From positions 64,092 through 128,091 of the forward strand of contig CAYMVY010000002.1 of assembly GCA_964394405.1 (NCBI GenBank): a stretch of DNA of 64,000 bases, in the 5' to 3' direction. Positions within the stretch are counted from its first letter, which is position 1. Every line of letters begins with the position of its first letter. Below are positions 56,749-64,000 of this stretch, one piece after another. The stretch comes from an uncultured Gammaproteobacteria bacterium (lineage in GTDB: Bacteria > Patescibacteriota > Patescibacteriia > Magasanikbacterales > UBA922). Both the position numbers and the translations under genes were made by a program. The notes below the pieces were generated by a model. The model was not told where the DNA came from, ran no database searches, and saw nothing but the letters and a program-made list of their open reading frames with translations.

Positions 56749-57973
56749 AAAATGAATTTATCAGACGAGAAATTCGATCCGCGGTCTTGGTGGGGATGTT
56801 CCTGCTGGTCGGCAGATTGATAGATTCTTTTGCCAGTTTTTCTGCTGTAGGACAACTCCCTGCTGTGTATCCTGTCACTGCCATATCACTATCATCAGGA
56901 GCGATGACCGTGTCATACCAGTCACCGAGTAGAATTCCCTTGCTCTTGAAGTGGGTATGGAGTTCTCCTGGATTTGGAACAAGGAGAGGGTACCGCACCA
57001 GGTAGCTACTCTGTACCTCCTTGGGTTTTCGCACTTGCTTTGCTTCAATTTCTTCTCGATACCAATGCGCAATCTGATGGCGATGCTCATTGGTCTCCTC
57101 CAGCTGATTCAATTGATTGTAGAGTATATGTGCAAGTGAATTGGCCAGGCGAGAAACTTTGAAATGGCTGCGTTTCCCCTTTTTTTCTTTTTCATAAATT
57201 ACGCGCCCACTTATTGAGAGTTTTTTTAGTATTGCAAGCATGAATTTGCCGATTTTGATTCGGTAGAGAGATTTTCCGATTACAAATAGGGGGAAATTCC
57301 ACAGATATGGAAGTATCCAGTGCAAGCGTGGATATTTGATTTTTTCATATTCAGCTTGAATTTTTTCGCCCATTGCGTCGTCGGTCGCGATCAATGCACC
57401 ACCTCTGCCACATGAAATTACTTTGTCTGATCCAAAACTAAACATACCAATATCACCGATGGTGCCTAGTTTTTTGCCTCTGTATTCTCCCCCCATTACG
57501 TGCGCGCAATCTTCGATTACTGCGATTCCTTTTTCTTTTGCAAGAGCCATGATTTTTTCCATGTCAGCGGGAATACCGAATGTGTGCTGCACGATAATCG
57601 CTTTTGTTTGTGGAGTGATTTTTTTCTCCAGATCCAGAGGATCCATGGTAAAGTCGTTTTTGACATCCACATATACGGGCGTCGCTCCTACCCATCTGAT
57701 GGGATTGATGACCACAATACAGGTGTATGCCTGAACAATCACCTCATCCCCTTCCCCTACTTCGAGAGACCGGAGCGCGATTTCCAAAGCACTTCTCCCA
57801 CTATCGAATAGATATGCCTCTGAAACTGAGAAATTTTTTCTTATGATTCTTGAAACTTTGTTTTCGTATTCACCCCGTATCAGATTACGCCATCTCCATG
57901 GCGCTATGAGGTAGGCCATTGCAGTGAGAATATCTTCACGTGTTGCGTTGGGTTGGAATCCAGTAAATATCAT
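56735..57973 (-). CDS. DegT/DnrJ/EryC1/StrS-family PLP-dependent sugar aminotransferase
   Basis: FGSDKVISCGRGGAL Lys-PLP region. Confidence 0.85.
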   Translation of the reverse strand: MIFTGFQPNATREDILTAMAYLIAPWRWRNLIRGEYENKVSRIIRKNFSVSEAYLFDSGRSALEIALRSLEVGEGDEVIVQAYTCIVVINPIRWVGATPVYVDVKNDFTMDPLDLEKKITPQTKAIIVQHTFGIPADMEKIMALAKEKGIAVIEDCAHVMGGEYRGKKLGTIGDIGMFSFGSDKVISCGRGGALIATDDAMGEKIQAEYEKIKYPRLHWILPYLWNFPLFVIGKSLYRIKIGKFMLAILKKLSISGRVIYEKEKKGKRSHFKVSRLANSLAHILYNQLNQLEETNEHRHQIAHWYREEIEAKQVRKPKEVQSSYLVRYPLLVPNPGELHTHFKSKGILLGDWYDTVIAPDDSDMAVTGYTAGSCPTAEKLAKESINLPTSRNIPTKTADRISRLINSFYDHR

Positions 57974-58003
57974 GGGAAAAAATTATTCTAATAATATGAG
58001 TCC

Positions 58004-59608
58004 TTAGGTACTCTGATTATTCGAACTATACAATTCTCGAACAGTGTCCGGCACTTTGTTTTCTATCAATACCACCACATTTTCATCTTTTAAATTTTTT
58101 ACAAAATTCATGAGTTCTTCAGTTTCGAATATTTCTTTGACTACGGTATGATATTTTTCCAGGATACCCCTCTTCATGTCAGACGCAAAATCAGGGGTAA
58201 TGATAACTAGCTCATCAGCAAAGAATGATATCTCGTTCCCAATTCGTTCGTGAAGCTCACTACTCTCGCTCCCTAGCTCGTGCATACCCCGTGTGAGTAC
58301 CACTCGTCTTCTAGATGAAGGAAATGAGCCAATGAGTTCAAGCGCAGCTTTGAACCCATCAGGATTTGAATTATAGCTATCGTCAATTATCGTCGCTTTT
58401 CCAAATGAAAAAATTTTGAGTAATTGATCGGGTTGTGTGAGCGATTCTATTGCGGTAGCTATTTTTTCATTCGACATACCTACTGTTTTTGCTGCGAGAA
58501 TACATGCGGCAATATTCGTAGCCTGGTGTTCGCCAATAACTTTGGTCTGCACTTGCATTTTTTCTTCGCTTTTTTCCATGTGCAGTGAATATCTGATTTC
58601 AAGTGTGTCACCTTTTTGATTGGCTGACTCTATAAGGCAATTCGGATGATTTTCTGACTCGATTCCAAAGGTAAGAACCTTACTTTCGAGCTCTGCTACC
58701 CATTCCATGCAGAGACGATTGTCTGCATTGGTTATAGACACGCCACTTTTTGGAATTGAACGCAGGAGCTCGTATTTTGTACTTTGTATGTTTTGTATTG
58801 ACCCAAACAGGCTCAGGTGTTGCTGATTGATCGCAGTCAAAATTCCAATAGTCGGATGTACAATGTCACATACGAGTTTGATATCTCCCTTGTTGTACGC
58901 TCCCATCTCGATGATACAGATATCAATGTTTGAAAAATCAGTTGCCAGAATGAATTTTGAAATTCCGATATCACTATTGGTATTTTTGGGAGTATAGGCA
59001 ACGTGGTATGAATGTGAGAGAATCTGCGCCAGCAGTTCTTTTACTGAAGTTTTTCCATAGCTTCCCGTGATCCCGATTCGGATAAGTTTTGGATATTTTT
59101 TTAGTTTATTTTCAGCTTTTCTAAAGTAAATCCGTTTGATTTGGTCGGTCAGCCAATTAATAGCGATGACTATGAGACTCAGTATGTAGAGTCTGAGTGC
59201 ACTCATCAATAATATGAAAATCCAGTCTTTTGTGATCGCGTATACGATATATTCCAATATTACTGCGCTCATGATAATGATAAGCGCCTTGATACTCATA
59301 CTCGGGCGACGATAGACACCTCTGTATTTTCGCCAAATGACATGCAGAATGTCAAAAATAAAAATAGTACCAATACTATATAGGAGTATGGTGTGATTAA
59401 AAGGAACGGTGATAAATAGAAAAATTGCTAGTATTGTCCGTGCGATGACATAGCGATTGTTGAGTAGATATTTACCTTGTTTGGTACTCAGATAGTCTCT
59501 AAATCGGTCTATACGATACCATTTGAGTTGCCAGAAATAGCAGTACTCGGCATAAACCAGTGCTGCGCTTAGAAACCAAACGATAAGAATTAGAGTGTGT
59601 CTGTTCAT
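58004..59608 (-). CDS. Mur ligase family protein (MurF-like) fused to an N-terminal polytopic membrane domain (about 170 aa, about 5 TM)
   Basis: GITGSYGKTS P-loop at about residue 180 after hydrophobic N-terminus; Mur central and C-terminal domains. Confidence 0.7.
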   Translation of the reverse strand: MNRHTLILIVWFLSAALVYAEYCYFWQLKWYRIDRFRDYLSTKQGKYLLNNRYVIARTILAIFLFITVPFNHTILLYSIGTIFIFDILHVIWRKYRGVYRRPSMSIKALIIIMSAVILEYIVYAITKDWIFILLMSALRLYILSLIVIAINWLTDQIKRIYFRKAENKLKKYPKLIRIGITGSYGKTSVKELLAQILSHSYHVAYTPKNTNSDIGISKFILATDFSNIDICIIEMGAYNKGDIKLVCDIVHPTIGILTAINQQHLSLFGSIQNIQSTKYELLRSIPKSGVSITNADNRLCMEWVAELESKVLTFGIESENHPNCLIESANQKGDTLEIRYSLHMEKSEEKMQVQTKVIGEHQATNIAACILAAKTVGMSNEKIATAIESLTQPDQLLKIFSFGKATIIDDSYNSNPDGFKAALELIGSFPSSRRRVVLTRGMHELGSESSELHERIGNEISFFADELVIITPDFASDMKRGILEKYHTVVKEIFETEELMNFVKNLKDENVVVLIENKVPDTVRELYSSNNQST

Positions 59609-59612
59609 AACA

Positions 59613-60353
59613 TTATCTTCCAGTATATCGCTCTTTTAACTTCATGAGAATATCTGCAGTGTGCGTGTGATGCAGACCATGCTTTCCAGTGGGAAATATG
59701 ACCAATTCTGATTGTGGGAGCATTTTTTGGATCCGTCGTCCGTGCCTCAGTGGTGTGTAGGTATCTTGTGCACCCCAAAACAGGAGAACATTAGAAGTAA
59801 TACTTGGTAATACGTCTCGCATATCTTCCCGTATGACTTTTTTAAAAATTTCTCGTTCAATCCCATGGGTGTTGGTGTAATCTGGAGAGAAAAATGCGTT
59901 GTACATTTTTCTTTTTATTTCAGAGATTTTTGTATTGTTTTGTCGTGTGCCTAAGATGCTTTTTCCCATCTGTGCCATCACCTTGAATATTGCCCGTTTT
60001 ATTTTTCGTTTTGGTCGTATTACTGCCGGAGCGATGAGGACCAATTCATCGAATAGACGCGGTTGCCTACCTGCAAGACATGTAGCCACTTGTCCTCCAA
60101 ATGAGTGACCCAGAAGAATGAGTTTGCTATTTGGGTTTTCTTTTTTTATCTCAGCGATCTGTAGGTTCACATAGTCGGCAAATTGTTCGACCCCCCATAC
60201 GGTGCTCGGACATGAGACTCCCCCGAAACAGGGTAGTTCAATACAGCGGACATCAAAAAAATCTTTTGCATGTGCAATGAATTCTTTCCAGGTTTCTTTT
60301 GTCCCTCCCCAACCAGGGACAATACATAATATTCCCCGCGAGTGCTCCACCAT
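59613..60353 (-). CDS. alpha/beta hydrolase fold protein
   Basis: GHSFGG nucleophile elbow. Confidence 0.75.
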   Translation of the reverse strand: MVEHSRGILCIVPGWGGTKETWKEFIAHAKDFFDVRCIELPCFGGVSCPSTVWGVEQFADYVNLQIAEIKKENPNSKLILLGHSFGGQVATCLAGRQPRLFDELVLIAPAVIRPKRKIKRAIFKVMAQMGKSILGTRQNNTKISEIKRKMYNAFFSPDYTNTHGIEREIFKKVIREDMRDVLPSITSNVLLFWGAQDTYTPLRHGRRIQKMLPQSELVIFPTGKHGLHHTHTADILMKLKERYTGR

Positions 60354-60357
60354 ACGC

Positions 60358-61602
60358 TTACAATGTTTTTTTATTTCCTAAGTATGGACGCAATGCTTTG
60401 GGTACAGTGATAGTACCATCTTCATTCTGATGATTTTCTACTATGGCTATGGGAAATCTACTGGTGACTACTGCAGTACCATTGAGCGTATGAACCAATT
60501 CTTTTTTCCCCTCTTCTGTCTTGTACTTGATATTAGCTCGTCTCGCCTGATAATCCGTACAGTTGCTCGTGCTGGTGATCTCACCATATCCTTCATTCAT
60601 AACCATCCATGCCTCAATATCAAATTTGCGATATGCGGGACCGCCGAGGTCACCACTTGCAATATCAATCACTCGATACGGAATCTCGAGTCCATCGCAA
60701 ATTTCTTTTTCTACTGATAATAATTCGGCATGCATTTTCTCACTATCTTCTGGTTTGCAGAATATAAACATCTCGAGTTTGGTAAATTGGTGTACGCGAT
60801 ATAATCCTTTGCTTGTGCGTCCATATGCCCCTGCTTCGGTTCGGAAACAGTGTGAGAGTGCTACATATTTTTTGGGACCTTCTGAAAGATCGAGTACTTC
60901 GTCTGCGTGATATCCGAGAACCGAAATTTCTGCAGTTCCAATCAAGCTTAAGTCTTCGCCTTGTATAGAGTAGATTTGCGTTTCTTCACCTCGAGGATTG
61001 AACCCTGCACTCTCCAGTACATCCTTTTTTGCAAGATCGGGTGTTTCAATCAGTTCAAAGCCATGTTTCTCTGCAGTATCGATTCCAAATGCAATGAGCG
61101 CCTGATTCAGACGGACCAAATCACCTTTTGCAAAATAAAATTTTGATCCTGCCACTTTTGCTCCACGTTCAAAATCAATCATCCCCCGTTTGAGGAGCAA
61201 TTCTTCGTGGTCTTTGGGTGTGAAAGAAAATTTTTGCGCTTCACCATGTTGTTCGAGTATCTTGAAGTCATCTTCACCGCCGACGGGTGTTTGTGGGTGA
61301 GTAAAATTGGGTATTGCGCGCAATAGTGCAGTATATGTTTCTTCAGTTGCTGCTCGTTCATTATCCATTTTTTCGATTGTTGCGCCAATTTCCTTCATTT
61401 TTTTGATTGTTTCTGGGGAAGGTTTTCCTACAGTCTTTGAACCTTGATTTCTTTCACTGCGAAGATCATCAATTTTTTGCTGCAATGATCTTCGTTTTTC
61501 ATCCAACTGCAATAATTGGTCTATATCAATACGCACATTTCGAATTTCGCAATTCTTTTTTACTTCGTCTGTGTGTTCTCTGATAAATTTTGTATCGATC
61601 AT
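60358..61602 (-). CDS. serS: seryl-tRNA synthetase
   Basis: N-terminal coiled-coil, class II motifs. Confidence 0.9.
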   Translation of the reverse strand: MIDTKFIREHTDEVKKNCEIRNVRIDIDQLLQLDEKRRSLQQKIDDLRSERNQGSKTVGKPSPETIKKMKEIGATIEKMDNERAATEETYTALLRAIPNFTHPQTPVGGEDDFKILEQHGEAQKFSFTPKDHEELLLKRGMIDFERGAKVAGSKFYFAKGDLVRLNQALIAFGIDTAEKHGFELIETPDLAKKDVLESAGFNPRGEETQIYSIQGEDLSLIGTAEISVLGYHADEVLDLSEGPKKYVALSHCFRTEAGAYGRTSKGLYRVHQFTKLEMFIFCKPEDSEKMHAELLSVEKEICDGLEIPYRVIDIASGDLGGPAYRKFDIEAWMVMNEGYGEITSTSNCTDYQARRANIKYKTEEGKKELVHTLNGTAVVTSRFPIAIVENHQNEDGTITVPKALRPYLGNKKTL

Positions 61603-61612
61603 AGGCGTGTGA

Positions 61613-62659
61613 TTATAGATTGTTAGTTTTGATTATCTCTGCGAGCTCTTCATATATTTTCTCGTACATTTTTTTATTCTCCCCTATCAGTGCATAGTTG
61701 GTCACTTCTTCTGGTAGTACCCATGTGGTTTCCTGGACTTCCTCGTCATTTACTTTTCCGTCCCCTCCAATAATTTTGCATACGAATGGTAGAAGATAAA
61801 TTTGTATACCCTGATGCGAGCTTCGTGGATTTTTGATCTGCACTGTCCAGGCACATCGTAGTTGGCTCACTATCGCGACTGTATATCCGCATTCTTCTCC
61901 TACCTCGCGAATTACACTTTCCTCAACGGTCTCTCCAATCTCGACACCTCCCCCGGGAAATTCCCATAAGCCGTGGACATCGGGTTGTTCGGGGTCGTTT
62001 CGTTTGTTGAGTAGAATCTTTCCATTTTTTACAACAACGCCTATTGGGACTACCAGATGTTTTCCCCCAAATGTGTTTAGTATATGGCGTTTTATTCCTC
62101 CGATAGCCTTTGCTCTATGACTTATACTATTTTTTTCTTCCTCACTCATCTCTGCATATGTTTTTTCTATCTCTGGTACATAGAAAATTGGATCATATCC
62201 AAAACCATTTTCACCTTTTTTTTCTTTGAGTATTATTCCTCTGGTTTCACCGGTCGTTACCACCAGGTCTTTGCTTTTTGGGTCATACAGCGCGAGAACC
62301 CCTGCAAATGTAGCTGTGCGTTCTTTTTCGTCCGTGTTTTTTTCAAGTTTTTTTAGTGTTTCATCTACACGAGCATCAGAGCTATCAGCTATTCGAGCGC
62401 TATGCACGCCTGGCCAGCCACCTAGCTGATCGATGAACATTCCCGCATCATCTGCTAGTGTGCTGTGCCCGCTCTCATGAGCATAGTATTTTGCTTTGAG
62501 TATGGCATTTCCTTCGATAGTACTCTCAGTTTCATCTGGCGCCGGAATTTTTGTATCAAGATCATTCAGTGAGATGCAGGTGATCGGTAATCCGCGCAAC
62601 ATATGTGATAATTCTCGGTATTTTCCTTCATTCGTTGTGGCAATTAGGATAGTCTTCAT
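61613..62659 (-). CDS. fusion: Ham1/RdgB non-canonical NTP pyrophosphatase (N) + Nudix hydrolase (C)
   Basis: TTNEGKYRE and ...FGYDPIF Ham1 motifs; Nudix box GGGVEIGETVEESVIREVGEECG. Confidence 0.8.
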   Translation of the reverse strand: MKTILIATTNEGKYRELSHMLRGLPITCISLNDLDTKIPAPDETESTIEGNAILKAKYYAHESGHSTLADDAGMFIDQLGGWPGVHSARIADSSDARVDETLKKLEKNTDEKERTATFAGVLALYDPKSKDLVVTTGETRGIILKEKKGENGFGYDPIFYVPEIEKTYAEMSEEEKNSISHRAKAIGGIKRHILNTFGGKHLVVPIGVVVKNGKILLNKRNDPEQPDVHGLWEFPGGGVEIGETVEESVIREVGEECGYTVAIVSQLRCAWTVQIKNPRSSHQGIQIYLLPFVCKIIGGDGKVNDEEVQETTWVLPEEVTNYALIGENKKMYEKIYEELAEIIKTNNL

Positions 62660-63087
62660 ACGTACTTGAGCAGATTTTGTTTTAGAATGGTCGTTTTGTA
62701 TTTTTTGGATTTGTAGGGTTTTGCGCGTTTTACTATTGTTTTCAATCCGAATTCTTGTATTTTTTGCTCCAATTTTTCAGTAAACGCCTGCTGATCATAG
62801 CCGAGAACAATAACATCTGGCTTTATTTCTCTGATCCTTCGGTACATGTCTGTCGGATGTCCCAGAACTATCCTATCAATTAGTGAAAATTCTTTGAGAA
62901 ATATAGCCCGCTCTCTTTCTGAAAAAAGTGGAGTTGTGCCTTTCACCTCTCTCGCTCGGTTGTCTCGAGCAACGACGACCACTAGATTTGTTCCATATCT
63001 TTTTGCTTCTTTGAAAAACGCAATATGTCCGAGATGTACGATATCAAATGTACCGAATACCATGACTGTTTTTTGTTTTGTTTCCAT
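62656..63087 (-). CDS. cytidylyltransferase-like nucleotidyltransferase (GTFDxxHxGH; NMNAT/RibL/TagD-like)
   Basis: VFGTFDIVHLGH motif, 143 aa. Confidence 0.7.
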   Translation of the reverse strand: METKQKTVMVFGTFDIVHLGHIAFFKEAKRYGTNLVVVVARDNRAREVKGTTPLFSERERAIFLKEFSLIDRIVLGHPTDMYRRIREIKPDVIVLGYDQQAFTEKLEQKIQEFGLKTIVKRAKPYKSKKYKTTILKQNLLKYV

Positions 63088-63097
63088 ACTCAGTACA

Positions 63098-63150
63098 ATA
63101 GAACACGGATTTCACAGAATTAGACGGAATTGGAACGAATTTAATTCTGA
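63098..63150. repeat. degenerate copy of the ACGGAT-repeat element (atagaacacggat...)
   Basis: Begins with the family's atagaac terminus; units at about 10-bp spacing; intercistronic lysS and downstream gene. Confidence 0.5.
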
Positions 63151-64000
63151 CTCTTTTGACTTTTGACTTTTGACTTTTGATTTTCTATCGGTTTCACGGT
63201 CGGGAAAACGATCACATCTTTCAGTGTATGTGATCCGGTAATCAATGCAGCGAGTCGGTCGATACCAATACCAGTCCCTGTTGCCGGAGGCATACCATGT
63301 TCGAGCGCTTCAACGAAATCAGCGTCGAATTCCATGGCTTCATCGTCTCCTGCCTGCTTATTTTTCATCTGCTCTTCAAATCGTTCTCGCTGGTCGAGAG
63401 GATCGTTTAATTCAGTATATGAATTGCTTACCTCGAATCCATTCACTACCAATTGGAAAACTTCGGTGTAGCGAGCATCTTCGGACTTTTTTGCAAGTGG
63501 CTTGAGTTCTGCAGGATAATTGAGAATAAAGGTTGGTTGAATTATTTTGGGTCGCGCTGACGCTTTCCAGAGATCATCGGCAAGTCTTCCAAATCCTGCT
63601 TTTGGATCGACTTCATATTTTTTTGCTTTCATGGCGCGCGCTAATTTTTCTTTGGTATCTTCGATATTCAGATCAATTCCAGAGTGCTCTAATACCACCT
63701 CTCTAAAGGTGCGACGCATATAGGGCGGTTTGAAATCTATAGTATTTTCTTCAAGCTTGATTTGCGAGCTACCTACTGCATCGGTGATAATTTTTGGCAA
63801 CATTTCTTCATGTAATTTCATGTTGTCCTCGTAATCGGCATATGCCCAGTAGTACTCAATCTGAGTGAATTCTGGATTATGCTGATGATCGACCCCTTCA
63901 TTGCGAAAACAGCGACCAATTTCAAATATTTTTTCAAATCCGCCCACTAGCAGACGTTTTTGTGGAATTTCAATTGCAATGCGGAGATGTACTGGCATGT
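63141..64000 (-). CDS. lysS: lysyl-tRNA synthetase class II (C-terminal catalytic part; N-terminus beyond window)
   Basis: Class II motifs 2 and 3 (FRNEG...; GIGIDRL). Confidence 0.85.
   Translation of the reverse strand, partial: MPVHLRIAIEIPQKRLLVGGFEKIFEIGRCFRNEGVDHQHNPEFTQIEYYWAYADYEDNMKLHEEMLPKIITDAVGSSQIKLEENTIDFKPPYMRRTFREVVLEHSGIDLNIEDTKEKLARAMKAKKYEVDPKAGFGRLADDLWKASARPKIIQPTFILNYPAELKPLAKKSEDARYTEVFQLVVNGFEVSNSYTELNDPLDQRERFEEQMKNKQAGDDEAMEFDADFVEALEHGMPPATGTGIGIDRLAALITGSHTLKDVIVFPTVKPIENQKSKVKSQKSQN

Noticed and set aside
756-64000. Numerous 60-180 aa antisense ORFs inside dus, folD, the transporters, dnaX, the ATPase, cysS, dnaG, rpoD, clpB, gltX, serS and others
   Set aside because: They lie entirely within, and antisense or out of frame to, well-supported conserved genes. 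They have no start context and low-complexity translations.

Overview
This is a 64-kb, AT-rich, gene-dense bacterial chromosome segment dominated by housekeeping genes. These include tRNA-dihydrouridine synthase, FolD, DnaX, CysRS, an archaeal-type UMP kinase, DnaG-RpoD, SodA, Fmt, ClpB, GluRS, SerRS, a partial LysRS and tRNA-Gln(CUG). There is a complete Suf Fe-S assembly cluster: Rrf2 regulator, two cysteine desulfurases, SufB/D/C, SufU, a SufT-like protein and ferredoxins. Cell-envelope genes include two Mur-family ligases, FemAB, DegT, FtsQ, a WecG/TagA-type transferase, GT2 and two M23 peptidases. The small proteins, missing Shine-Dalgarno sequences on most native genes, archaeal-type PyrH and overall gene content suggest a small-genome, Gram-positive-type (CPR/Patescibacteria-like) organism; that is inference, not proven.

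Five things stand out:

1. An accessory stretch (about 49.7-54.7 kb) carries a TIR-like (DUF2263/CAP12-PCTIR-type) protein paired with a two-TM protein, a LexA repressor with Cheo-type SOS boxes, a roughly 950-bp ORF-free region and repeats. This is a candidate uncharacterised defence-like module.
2. At least eight short GC-rich islands are embedded in the AT-rich background, each about 0.3-0.6 kb. Most carry a near-consensus sigma70 promoter, a strong Shine-Dalgarno sequence, one small ORF and a hairpin terminator. Two or three of them look like structured ncRNAs rather than genes.
3. A family of seven roughly 85-95 bp palindromic elements built from ACGGAT/ATCCGT units at helical spacing sits almost exclusively in intercistronic gaps. 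Five copies are inside the suf operon.
4. A P-loop ATPase of TraD/VirD4 coupling-protein type, membrane-anchored, sits in a three-gene operon with two unknowns.
5. Recognisable regulatory sites are present: a CIRCE-like operator upstream of clpB, a MerR-type promoter with a 19-bp spacer, LexA boxes, and tandem heptamer tracts upstream of several genes.

No CRISPR array, rRNA or transposase was seen.
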